From NCBI GenBank assembly GCA_903895855.1, contig CAITVN010000076.1, positions 7,124 to 71,123 on the forward strand: DNA of 64,000 bases. The letters are read 5' to 3'. Made by a program: the position numbers and the translations under genes. The notes under the pieces were generated by a model. That model ran no database searches, was not told where the DNA came from, and saw nothing but the letters and a program-made list of their open reading frames with translations. This stretch comes from Oligoflexia bacterium. GTDB lineage: Bacteria > Bdellovibrionota > UBA1018. Position 1 is the stretch's first letter; each line of letters begins with the position of its first letter. Below are positions 8,578-17,193 of this stretch, piece by piece.

Positions 8578-8985
8578 TCAGTTCAGTCGAATGATATCGC
8601 CCACCATCACTGCGCGCGGGCCTGTGACTGGTGTTTGATCAAGTGGCAACAATTGTTCGACCCGTGCGATGCCGGCATTTTCTTCAACGTGAATGACTTT
8701 CATTTTGGCGAATGCAAACGTTAAGTCTTTGTAGAGCTTTTGGTTTGCGACGTCATAACTAGCCACTTTTCGGTAAACGTTGACAACGGCTCCTTTGCGT
8801 AAGCCATGGTTACTTCCCATATTAATGTAGAAATCTTTAATTTGGGGTTCGCCCGCATTGCCAAGATCAACCGGCCGGTAAACGCTGTAAACTGTGAACT
8901 CAGCCGCTCCCACTTTTGGTGCGTAGGTTAGCCAAGCGATAGTCCAGGTAATGGTCAGGATAAATCCTAAGATCATGGTTTTCAC
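8578..8985 (-). CDS. hypothetical secreted protein
   Basis: 135 aa with signal peptide MKTMILGFILTITWTIAWLTYAPKVGA. The GTG start is preceded by GAGGGA. No motif recognised. Confidence 0.55.
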   Translation of the reverse strand: MKTMILGFILTITWTIAWLTYAPKVGAAEFTVYSVYRPVDLGNAGEPQIKDFYINMGSNHGLRKGAVVNVYRKVASYDVANQKLYKDLTFAFAKMKVIHVEENAGIARVEQLLPLDQTPVTGPRAVMVGDIIRLN

Positions 8986-9288
8986 GGGTAATCCCTCTAG
9001 TTTTCACATCCGTTTGTGGTTTCATTTAGCTGCCTCCTTGCAGTTTGTTTTTACTTCCATGAGTCCTATCGGCAGACTTGGGTGGGTACTTTATGACCGG
9101 TGTGAACCGTTTGGCCTAGTGGGTAGGCAGATTTGGCCGGTTCAGATTCTGCGGCATTCGCCTGCTCTGCTACCACAAAATGAACTTTAGCGAGCCTAGG
9201 CAACTCATGGCCCACCAAGCCCACCCGGCAAATTCACTATTAGGGTTTTTGACGCCGAAGCCGATAAGAAGTTGAGGGCCTAAAGGGT

Positions 9289-9651
9289 ATGTCAGACGTT
9301 GATTTGAGCAAAGTTCACGAGCAGGTGTGGAGAAAATGCACTACCTGTAAACGTGAAATTAAATACAATGCGGCTTACTGGGTATGTAATGTTTCGACCT
9401 GCAATCGCAAGCGCACTGATTTGGTATTTTGTACGGTTGATTGTTGGGATGCCCATGTGCCCGTACTGAATCACCGTGAGAGTTGGGCTGAAGATCGAAA
9501 GGCACCGTCACGCGAAGCTTGGATTTCTGAATTGTCAGGAGAGAACAAGAAGCCGCGAACGAGAAAGTCCGTTGAAGCTGACCCCAACGCAGGACTCACG
9601 CGAGTCGTCGATACCAGTCCTAAAGTCATTTTGAGGAGAACACCGAAGTGA
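9289..9651 (+). CDS. Cys-rich putative zinc-binding protein
   Basis: 120 aa with the cysteine pattern CTTC...CNVSTC...CTVDCWDAH and a basic C-terminal half. The stop overlaps the start of the next gene (GTGA). Confidence 0.55.
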   Translation: MSDVDLSKVHEQVWRKCTTCKREIKYNAAYWVCNVSTCNRKRTDLVFCTVDCWDAHVPVLNHRESWAEDRKAPSREAWISELSGENKKPRTRKSVEADPNAGLTRVVDTSPKVILRRTPK

Positions 9652-10634
9652 GCGACCCAACCCAAACGTCACTCAAATACATTTCGATACCTTTACAGTC
9701 ATTGAAGACTGGGAATCGAGAAATCGATTTCGACATCTATATTAAATTATCTGAAGATAACTATGCGCACTTGTTCTCACGAACGACGGGCATCGATTAC
9801 AAACGACTTTTTCAGTACGCCCAAAAAGGAGTGACTGAACTTTATATTCGCCCCGAAGATGAGCTACTTTATCAAAAATTTAGCGGTGAGACGGCCGAAG
9901 TCATCATGAATAACCCATCGCTCGCCAGTGAGAAAAAAGTGGCGTGCATCATTAATATGACTGAGCAGACGATGGTTGAAATCTTTTCAAAATTTAGCAT
10001 CGATGATCAAGTGGCTGACTCAACGAAGAAGGTCGTCAATAACTATGTCGAGCTTTTGCATTCAGATCCCAAGTCACTCGTGATGTTGATGCGCCTGGTT
10101 TCTCACGGCGAATACCTTTATTATCACTCAATAGCGGTGGCCATATTTAGCATATTTTTGTCAAAAGCCTCGGGCCTTTTCAATCGTCGCTTAATTGAGA
10201 CGATCGGGCTCGGCGCTTTTTTGCATGATTTGGGGTGTGTGCACATTCCTAGAGAAATCACTGAGAGCCCGCATGATCTGACTGCGGCTCAGTGGAAGGT
10301 CATGCGCGCCCATCCAAAAGTGGGTCTGCAAATGTTAGAAAAAGCGACCACGATTCCTGATGAAGTTCGCTACATTGTTTACCAGCACCACGAAGAACCT
10401 GGCGCACAAGGGTATCCTAATCAAATTGGGGGTAACGCGATCTATTATCCCGCAAAGATTGTCTCGGTGGCTGATGGTTTTAGTGCTCTGATCAGCAAAC
10501 GACCCTTTCGCGCAGCTTTTTCGACTGAGCAAGCCATGCACATCATTCAAAGTGATCCGGGCAAATTTGACCGTGAAATTGTACGCTTACTGATCACGCT
10601 CTTCACAAAGAAGGCAGAAAAAAAAGCAGCCTAG
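9648..10634 (+). CDS. HD-GYP domain protein (probable c-di-GMP phosphodiesterase)
   Basis: HD motif region HSIAVAIFSIF...GAFLHDLG, plus HHEEPGAQGYP and the following VADGFSALISKRPFR. Confidence 0.75.
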   Translation: MSDPTQTSLKYISIPLQSLKTGNREIDFDIYIKLSEDNYAHLFSRTTGIDYKRLFQYAQKGVTELYIRPEDELLYQKFSGETAEVIMNNPSLASEKKVACIINMTEQTMVEIFSKFSIDDQVADSTKKVVNNYVELLHSDPKSLVMLMRLVSHGEYLYYHSIAVAIFSIFLSKASGLFNRRLIETIGLGAFLHDLGCVHIPREITESPHDLTAAQWKVMRAHPKVGLQMLEKATTIPDEVRYIVYQHHEEPGAQGYPNQIGGNAIYYPAKIVSVADGFSALISKRPFRAAFSTEQAMHIIQSDPGKFDREIVRLLITLFTKKAEKKAA

Positions 10635-10792
10635 GGGTGTCGGCGCAGTCAGACGTCTCGTGCCGAATGCGACCACCCTGTGCTTGCTGCCCCTCTGGCG
10701 TAGCCCCTAAGGCCTGAGCCATGAGGCCTGAGACATCAATTTCATAACAAACCTTGAATGCCGACTAAAATCCAGATAGGTTTTTTTCACCT

Positions 10793-12664
10793 GTGAATCT
10801 TTCTCAAATACTCAACGACCGTTTCAAACATGCTGAGTTTCGCCCAAATCAAGAAGCGATCTGTCAGGCTGTGGCTGAGGGGCACGATACTTTGGTGGTG
10901 ATGCCAACCGGTGCCGGAAAAAGTCTGTGTTATCAACTACCAGGTCTAGCCCGGGGGGGCGCCACGTTAGTGATCAGCCCGTTGATTGCTTTGATCGAAG
11001 ATCAGGTTCAAAAATTGCGAAGCCAAGGCATGCGCGCCGAGCGCATTCACTCGGGGCGTGATCGAGCGAGTTCTCAAGAAGTGTTTCGACGGTACTTAAA
11101 AGGTGAGTTAGAGTTTTTGTTTATTGCACCTGAGCGCCTGGCAGTGCCTGGTTTTGTTGAAGCCCTAGAACGAGTCAAGCCCACGTTGATCGCGGTTGAT
11201 GAAGCTCACTGCATCAGCCAGTGGGGACATGATTTTCGGCCCGACTACCGATTGGTCGGCGAACGCCTCAGTCAGTTGAAAGTTCCGTGTGTGGCGTTAA
11301 CGGCAACGGCAACGAAATTAGTTCAAGACGATATTTGTAAACAGTTAAAACTCAATTTGCCCAAACGGTTTGCGCATGGTTTTCGAAGGTCAAACCTGGC
11401 GATTTCTGTTTTAGATGTGCCACCCAGCGGTCGAAATGAAATCATTCAATCGATGCTTTTAGAAAAAGGCCGATTGCCTGCGATCGTTTATGCTCCGACC
11501 CGAGCGGCGTGTGAAGAACTCGCGAAGTTATTGGCCAAGAAAGTAAAAGCGCGAGCCTATCATGCGGGACTTAAGCCTGAAGATCGCGAACAAGCCCAGA
11601 AGTTATTCATTGATTCTGAGGTCGATGTTGTTGTCGCAACGATTGCCTTCGGAATGGGCATCGATAAAGCCAATATTCGCACCGTGATTCATGGGGCACT
11701 ACCGGCAAGCATCGAAGGATATTACCAAGAAATTGGCCGAGCCGGGCGTGACGGATTAAATTCTGAAGTGATCTTGTTTCATTCATACGGTGACCTTCGT
11801 ACCCACCAATTTTTTAGGCAGCGCGATTATCCTGATGAGGCCGTACTCGTGCGGGTGCTCGATCGCATTGACCTCATGCCAAAAGAAGTTGAGCCACTGT
11901 TGAGTGCGTTTTCGAGTTTAGAGAGTTCTGAAGTTGAAAAGGCCCTTGGACATTTGCAAATTCACGGCGCGATTCAGGTGACTCCGGCCGGAGTTTCTAG
12001 AACTCCAACTGGAGCCTCGGCCAGTGAACTCACTAGAGGCCAGGCTGGAACTTCTCATGATACGCAAAAAAAATGGTTAGAGTCTTATCGAGCTCGAATC
12101 AGGGCGCGAGAAAAACAGCTCGATTCGATGCAAAAATTCACCGAGTCGATGAATTGCCGTATGTGCACATTAGTGGCCCACTTTGGTGACACGACTGACT
12201 CGAATGTGAAGTGTGGGCACTGCGATCGTTGTGCGCCTAAAGCGACGGCTCGTCGCGATTTGGAGTCGTCTGAGTTGAAAATTGTCAAGGCGATTTTAGA
12301 TCAGCTTGCCGAAAATACTTACGAAAATGGAATTGCACTGGGCACTTTATTTGAGTCATTAGAGAAACGATTTGTGAGTCTGACTCGGCCCCGGTTTGAG
12401 GTTTTTTTAAAAGCTCTGTTGGTCGATGACTGGGTGAAAATTTATTACGATGAATTTGAAAAGGCCGGAAAGCGCATTCAGTATCGTCGGGTTTCGCTGA
12501 CCGATAAAGCTCTGGTGAATCAGTTTAAAGCCGCGTCGGTTCTCAGTCTTGATTCGGGTGCGTTAGCTCCAAAAAAGCGAAAGGCGGCCCCGAGTGGCAG
12601 CCGGCGCAAGAAAAAAACTAGGCGCGCGCCTCAGTCCAAATTCCAGGCTAAATCTCATTTTTAG
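10793..12664 (+). CDS. recQ: ATP-dependent DNA helicase, RecQ family
   Basis: Walker [19 protein letters not shown] box [18 protein letters not shown], the ARAYHAGL motif, [17 protein letters not shown] and [10 protein letters not shown]. The zinc-binding [12 protein letters not shown]...CGHCDRC is present and the tail is basic. Confidence 0.85.
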   Translation: MNLSQILNDRFKHAEFRPNQEAICQAVAEGHDTLVVMPTGAGKSLCYQLPGLARGGATLVISPLIALIEDQVQKLRSQGMRAERIHSGRDRASSQEVFRRYLKGELEFLFIAPERLAVPGFVEALERVKPTLIAVDEAHCISQWGHDFRPDYRLVGERLSQLKVPCVALTATATKLVQDDICKQLKLNLPKRFAHGFRRSNLAISVLDVPPSGRNEIIQSMLLEKGRLPAIVYAPTRAACEELAKLLAKKVKARAYHAGLKPEDREQAQKLFIDSEVDVVVATIAFGMGIDKANIRTVIHGALPASIEGYYQEIGRAGRDGLNSEVILFHSYGDLRTHQFFRQRDYPDEAVLVRVLDRIDLMPKEVEPLLSAFSSLESSEVEKALGHLQIHGAIQVTPAGVSRTPTGASASELTRGQAGTSHDTQKKWLESYRARIRAREKQLDSMQKFTESMNCRMCTLVAHFGDTTDSNVKCGHCDRCAPKATARRDLESSELKIVKAILDQLAENTYENGIALGTLFESLEKRFVSLTRPRFEVFLKALLVDDWVKIYYDEFEKAGKRIQYRRVSLTDKALVNQFKAASVLSLDSGALAPKKRKAAPSGSRRKKKTRRAPQSKFQAKSHF

Positions 12665-12705
12665 TGCTCATACCCATTCCCGGTTGAATTTTCGCTGAAC
12701 GGTTA

Positions 12706-14337
12706 CTATTTATACAATCCTGATTGAAGAATGTATGCTAAAACCCCGTCGTCAATTTCGTCGGTACTCGGAGTTTCACTACGGCGAAGGGCTTCGCGAA
12801 TTTTGGTTGAGCTCAATCCCTTTGCGTCTTTGGTGATTGAAATCTTGACGAAAGGGCGAAGGGGCTCAGGTACAAAAATGTGGTTTACCTGTTCAGCTTT
12901 TCGGGCAAACACGAGGTACTCTAAGTCAGTGCTAGGCAAGACGTCGCCTCCCGCGATTGAAGATACAAACGAATCATCACCCATCACCCGAATGAGGCGG
13001 TTGGTTCCGTAGGTTTGCCGGATACGTTCGAGTAGTGGTTCGCGTCCATAAGTATTCATGAGCAGTGACGAATCGCCCGTATAAAGGTTAATTTTTGGCT
13101 CTCGCTCGAGGCGTTTAGCTAACATCGCAATTCGGTCTTCGGCCGAACTTGCGCCCGGCTTGTGGGGCGCTGAGAAATTGGGAATGATGACGAGTTCATC
13201 GAGTCCGGCCTCAATGATCGCTTGCTTGGCAACGGCAATGTGACCCTCGTGTATAGGATCAAAGGTTCCGAAATAGACTCCGACTTTTGGCTTTGTGGCC
13301 GCGGTGTTTGTTGCCAATTTGCCAATCGTGTTTCTCGAGCCTAAGTTGAAATTTGAAAGTGCGCCTGTGACTGAAAGCGTACCGACGCGAATTTCGCCGC
13401 CAGCTTCGACGGGTAGGGTGTTGCGAATCGAATCGAGGTCAAGCCCGGCTGATGGAAGGTAGTGGGTCCAAGATTCGCCTTCTGCTGTTCTGCCGTTTAC
13501 TAAAATCTTAATATTGTGCGCCGGAATTTCTTTAAGCGAATGGTAGCCGGCATCGAGGTACGCAACCAGCCGGTGGTGGGCATTCCAAAGGTCGACGCTT
13601 TTGAGAGAACCGTCGGGGCCTGTTACCAAATTGATGAGAATCGGGTCGTGAGTGAAATTGCCACCACCGGATTCGCGAATGTATTGGGTGAGTGCTTTTA
13701 CCTGTCTGGGGTTTCTCAAAGCGCGGTGCCCAGGGGCAGCGATCACTTTCGAAATTTTAAAATTGGCGAGCCTAGCCAAAACCTCTGGTTGATTGAAAGT
13801 TTTCTGAAACGCCGGAAACAGGCCAGGGCTTGAAAATTCGATGGGCACCAAAACTGATGAAGTGGTGAGGTCGCTCAGAAAGTCATTGCGAGACGCGAGC
13901 GGTTTCTTGAGAAACTGGTATCTGAGAAAACTGTCGTCACTTTCGTGCAGTGTGAATTCGAAAGCGCCGCCAGGAAGTTTCGCGAGGTCGGCTTCGAGTT
14001 TCTCGGCGATAGTTGGTCTTTTTTTCAGCTCAGCAATCAGTAACGGCATTTCGCCAGTGTGTTCGAGTTCTCGGCCAAGCAATTTGATAGCGAGTTCTTT
14101 GCCTTCGACGGCTTCTAGAAAGTAGTAGCGACCCGCTTGGCTCATCAGAAGTTCTGTCAATCTTGACGAGCCAGCGAACGATGGGCTTGCGAGAATGAGC
14201 ACGAGAGCGAACGCGGCGAGGGGCAAAGGCCTCAAAACGTAGCGCAAAAGGTTACCCAAATCGTTACCCCAATTGTTACCCCAATTGTTAAATGAGGCTT
14301 GGATGAATTTCTTGATTGGGGGTCTGGTTGAGTTCAT
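12706..14337 (-). CDS. fusion protein: N-terminal signal/anchor, ParB/Srx-like domain, C-terminal NadD-type nucleotidyltransferase
   Basis: The C-terminus carries VGVYFGTFDPIHEGHIAVA (GxFxPxHxGH) and LSSTKIREAL (SxTxxR), which are NadD hallmarks. The middle region has NPRQVKALTQYIRESGG...DPILINLV...WNAHHRLVAYLDAG, resembling ParB/sulfiredoxin-fold motifs. The N-terminus LRPLPLAAFALVLILASPSFAGSS looks like a signal peptide. The start is placed at the ATG at 14337. Confidence 0.65.
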   Translation of the reverse strand: MNSTRPPIKKFIQASFNNWGNNWGNDLGNLLRYVLRPLPLAAFALVLILASPSFAGSSRLTELLMSQAGRYYFLEAVEGKELAIKLLGRELEHTGEMPLLIAELKKRPTIAEKLEADLAKLPGGAFEFTLHESDDSFLRYQFLKKPLASRNDFLSDLTTSSVLVPIEFSSPGLFPAFQKTFNQPEVLARLANFKISKVIAAPGHRALRNPRQVKALTQYIRESGGGNFTHDPILINLVTGPDGSLKSVDLWNAHHRLVAYLDAGYHSLKEIPAHNIKILVNGRTAEGESWTHYLPSAGLDLDSIRNTLPVEAGGEIRVGTLSVTGALSNFNLGSRNTIGKLATNTAATKPKVGVYFGTFDPIHEGHIAVAKQAIIEAGLDELVIIPNFSAPHKPGASSAEDRIAMLAKRLEREPKINLYTGDSSLLMNTYGREPLLERIRQTYGTNRLIRVMGDDSFVSSIAGGDVLPSTDLEYLVFARKAEQVNHIFVPEPLRPFVKISITKDAKGLSSTKIREALRRSETPSTDEIDDGVLAYILQSGLYK

Positions 14338-14387
14338 GGGGGAGCTATATTTCAAATTGACGCAATGCACAAAGTAATTATGTGCGG

Positions 14388-14413
14388 TGCAATGGGCTGC
14401 AATCACCTGCAAT
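14388..14413. promoter_or_regulatory. three TGCAAT motifs phased at exactly 10 bp
   Basis: TGCAAT occurs at 14388, 14398 and 14408. These lie 50-75 nt upstream of the proposed start of the ParB-like/NadD gene, in the divergent intergenic region. Confidence 0.2.
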
Positions 14414-14675
14414 ACGTGAGGGGTCAGCTCTACGCCGAGAGTGAGTTATAGTCGATCTTATGCACAATTGTTGTGTTTCATTCAGCAGTTAACTGACCGG
14501 TGGCTAATTGAATCCGTGGAAGATGCTGAGTATTAGTTGACTTATTTTGTCAGAATTAAGGCCTACTTTGAAGTTCCTGAGTCGAGCGAAGGTGTCGCCA
14601 TTTTTTTCCCGTATTTTTCTATCTGGCTTCTTTCACCTCTTCTCATTTTTCAGAGAATCGAAGAAGCTCTGTTTA

Positions 14676-15830
14676 ATGATCGACCATACCTCAATTGAAG
14701 TTTCAGACATTAAGCGCTCGAAAACGTTCTATAAAGCCGCACTTTCACAACTTGGCTATAAAATTCTTTCTGAATTTCACACGCCAGAAGGCAAGCAAGT
14801 GATCGGCTTTGGGCAACCTAGCAAACCCGATTTTTGGATTTCAGAGGGGCCCACGCGAAATGAAATTCATCTGGCGTTTCGGGCCGCAGATCGCGAAGCA
14901 GTCAGGCGTTTCTACGATTTTGCCCTGAAATTAGGGGGTGCCGACGATGGTGCACCAGGGTTGCGCCCGCAATACCACGAGAACTATTATGGCGCGTTTG
15001 TGCTCGATCCTGATGGCAATTCAATCGAAGCGGTTTGTCATGACGCCGAAAAAAGCGAATCAGACACGGCACCAAGTGGCTTGATGACTGATTTTCCAAA
15101 AGTGCAATGCCCTTATATTAGAAAACTTTTTGATGTCGACAGTGCCGATTTTAAAAAAGCCGGCTCACGCTATAAGCTCAAATCGCCTCGTGCGTACCTG
15201 GTCACCAATCAGGTGAATCCAGGTTACGAATGGGTTTTTGAAGACGCCGATGTCATCGCTGTCGAAAAACTCGATGGCAGCAATGTGAAGATTCGAACCC
15301 AAGGCGGGCGACTTGAAGCGATTCAAAATCGGCTCAATGTGATTGATCCGCTTCAAGTGATGAAAGGAAAAACTTTTTTACTCGAAGGTATTTTTCAATC
15401 AATTGATAAAGAATACGTCAAACCTGATGGTGAACAAGTCGGCGAGCTCATTGGGCCGAAACTTCAAGGTAATCCGTACGAGCTCGATCGACACGAGTGG
15501 TATCCTTTTGAAAAGGCCGAAAAAGACCTTACTTATCGATCGTTTCTCGAACACCCGCGCACGTTTGAAAACCTGAGTGTGTGGTTTAAAGATCACTTAC
15601 ACAGTCGGTATTTTACTAAACGGGCTTCGAAGCTAGGTCTTGATAAAAAAGTATTTGCCGAAGGCGTGATTTTTTACAGCCCCAATCGTCGCGCGCAGAA
15701 AAAAACCTACATGGCGAAACTCAGGCGCGACATGTTTGATTGGTATTACACACCCGAGATTAAAGTGATTGGTTACGACTCTACGGGCGTGAATGGCATT
15801 TTGCCGCAAGACCTTGAACTTTGGGATTGA
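14676..15830 (+). CDS. fusion protein: VOC (glyoxalase/bleomycin-resistance fold) domain plus ATP-dependent RNA ligase-like domain
   Basis: The N-terminal MIDHTSIEVSDIKRSKTFYKAAL...GAFVLDPDGNSIEAV is VOC-like. The C-terminal part carries nucleotidyltransferase motifs: I VEKLDGSN, III-like GELIGPKLQGNPY, IV EGVIF and V AKLRRDMF. The start is placed at the ATG at 14676. Confidence 0.6.
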   Translation: MIDHTSIEVSDIKRSKTFYKAALSQLGYKILSEFHTPEGKQVIGFGQPSKPDFWISEGPTRNEIHLAFRAADREAVRRFYDFALKLGGADDGAPGLRPQYHENYYGAFVLDPDGNSIEAVCHDAEKSESDTAPSGLMTDFPKVQCPYIRKLFDVDSADFKKAGSRYKLKSPRAYLVTNQVNPGYEWVFEDADVIAVEKLDGSNVKIRTQGGRLEAIQNRLNVIDPLQVMKGKTFLLEGIFQSIDKEYVKPDGEQVGELIGPKLQGNPYELDRHEWYPFEKAEKDLTYRSFLEHPRTFENLSVWFKDHLHSRYFTKRASKLGLDKKVFAEGVIFYSPNRRAQKKTYMAKLRRDMFDWYYTPEIKVIGYDSTGVNGILPQDLELWD

Positions 15831-15871
15831 GGTGCGATCGCGGTTGCGAATTCAGTGGAATATGGTCGAAT

Positions 15872-16468
15872 CTATGAGTGCATGAAGTCGGCAAGGCCTT
15901 TGTAATTTCGTGTATTCCGTGCCTCATTCAAAGCTGAAATGTAGTTCTTTCTGCGATCGCTTGGGATATTTTTCAGCGCGGCTCCCCAGGTTGGAATGGC
16001 CCAGTTCTGCTTTTTACAGAAATGCTCGACTACTATTCTGCCAAACCGGCCGTTTCCGTTTACAAAGGGATGTATGGTTTCAATCTGCTCATGAAACCGT
16101 GCCGCTATTTCTTGTTCTGAGAAAGATCTATCCTTTAGCCAATAGGCGAGATCTCCTTCGAGCTGCCTAAGGGCTGTCCAAATTTGATGAGGTTGAAGAA
16201 AATACGGATTGTGCAATTCGTGAGTCCGGACTTGGCCAGCCCATTCCCAAACGTCATGAAAGAGCTTTTTATGAAGCTTGAGCCAAAAGTTGTGGGAGAT
16301 GCCGGCATCGTTCTGGTTCGCTAACCACATCATACCAACGGCAATATTTTGTTCCTCGTATTCATCCAGTTCTCTGACTGTCTGGATGTGTTTTGGTTTA
16401 AGTCCTTTTTGAAGTTCTGGAGGTAGGGGAGTTTGACCGTCGCGATCTTTAAATAAGAAATTACTCAC
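15872..16468 (-). CDS. Fic family protein (mobile mystery protein B type)
   Basis: Fic motif HPFVNGNGRFGRIVV (HPFxxGNGRxxR). 198 aa. The start overlaps the stop of the upstream HTH gene by 4 nt. Confidence 0.85.
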   Translation of the reverse strand: MSNFLFKDRDGQTPLPPELQKGLKPKHIQTVRELDEYEEQNIAVGMMWLANQNDAGISHNFWLKLHKKLFHDVWEWAGQVRTHELHNPYFLQPHQIWTALRQLEGDLAYWLKDRSFSEQEIAARFHEQIETIHPFVNGNGRFGRIVVEHFCKKQNWAIPTWGAALKNIPSDRRKNYISALNEARNTRNYKGLADFMHS

Positions 16469-16911
16469 CAGATGTCACCTTTCTTCAGGAGCTTGTTGGC
16501 CAGAAGTTCTATTCGTTCTTGCATGGATTGCTCGACGCGCTGGTCTTCTAACGTCATGTGTACGTCTGCAGATGCCAAGGTGCGCTTCGCCTTTTCTCGT
16601 GCCGCATGTTTCATAACCTCTTCGAGGTCGGTCTTAGAAACGAACGCATAGACAAATTCGCATTCCATGGCGTTGGCCATTTTCTTGAGGGTTGCGATTG
16701 AGATTCGACCGGCAGCCTCGCTACGTTCGGCTTGCGCTATAGATGGCAGCGAAAGCTTGGTTCTTTCTGCCAGCTGTTTGAGTGTCATGCCAAGTGAGTT
16801 GCGAATATAGCGTATCCACCCAGGCCGCACTTTGGTGTCTGGGATTATCTTTCTGATGGCTTTCAATCGGCGGTTCGCCTGGGCGATGGTGAGTGAGTCT
16901 TGTGGTTTCAT
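16465..16911 (-). CDS. XRE-type HTH protein (mobile mystery protein A type), probable partner/antitoxin of the Fic protein
   Basis: HTH segment LGMTLKQLAERTKLSLPSIAQAERSE. The gene is translationally coupled to the Fic gene. Confidence 0.75.
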   Translation of the reverse strand: MKPQDSLTIAQANRRLKAIRKIIPDTKVRPGWIRYIRNSLGMTLKQLAERTKLSLPSIAQAERSEAAGRISIATLKKMANAMECEFVYAFVSKTDLEEVMKHAAREKAKRTLASADVHMTLEDQRVEQSMQERIELLANKLLKKGDIW

Positions 16912-16919
16912 CTGTTTTC

Positions 16920-16949
16920 CTTGATGTCATTGTGTATAAGAACATCAAG
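16920..16949. promoter_or_regulatory. inverted repeat CTTGATGT-N14-ACATCAAG just upstream of the HTH gene start
   Basis: Arms of 8 bp, read directly. The repeat sits 9 nt from the start codon next to the AAGGAAA Shine-Dalgarno, in a very AT-rich region (16912-17050). It is a candidate autoregulatory operator. Confidence 0.3.
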
Positions 16950-17146
16950 TTGGTCAATATTATTGTATGTTAAGATATAATATATACTTACAATTTAGTG
17001 TTTGTATACATAAAATTTTTAACACTAAGTCTGTAATTGCGAACAGTTATGATATTTGGGTGGAGGTGATTGACGGTTTTGTTGGGTCAGGCTTAGGGGT
17101 CTATCCGGTTGATCGCGATCTTCTTGGTTTGGTGTTTGGGGTGCCG

Positions 17147-17164
17147 AACTCCGGCGCAGGAGTT
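17147..17164. repeat. REP-like 18-nt palindrome, copy C (one mismatch) plus two extra CCGGAGT half-sites
   Basis: AACTCCGGCGCAGGAGTT, within the 24-nt near-palindrome CCGAACTCCGGCGCAGGAGTTCGG. CCGGAGT recurs at about 17172 and 17184. The copy lies immediately downstream of the stop of the 17194-17883 gene. Confidence 0.55.
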
Positions 17165-17193
17165 CGGCGGGCCGGAGTACCCCCGGAGTTCGA

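Noticed and set aside
8900-9025. 41-codon ORF on the minus strand preceded by a strong AAGGAGG, out of frame with and overlapping the start of the 8578-8985 gene
   Set aside because: The SD and its spacing are good. However, the peptide (MKPQTDVKTRGITRENHDLRIYPDHYLDYRLANLRTKSGSG) has no recognisable feature, and it overlaps a plausible signal-peptide gene that has its own GAGGGA-GTG start. It may be a leader ORF, but this cannot be supported from sequence alone.
8951-9190. ORF 8951-9190 (+), 79 aa, and the 300-nt divergent intergenic region 8986-9288 as a possible riboswitch or sRNA
   Set aside because: The ORF has no RBS and is antisense to the 5' end of the neighbouring gene. I saw a bulged hairpin around 9100-9150 but could not match it to any riboswitch, SRP, 6S or tmRNA consensus I know.
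14338-14675. Upstream extensions of ORFs 12706-14412 and 14547-15830
   Set aside because: The extensions would nearly consume the divergent intergenic region. Internal ATGs (14337, 14676) give N-termini that fit the domain starts (a signal peptide; MIDHTSIEV of the VOC fold).
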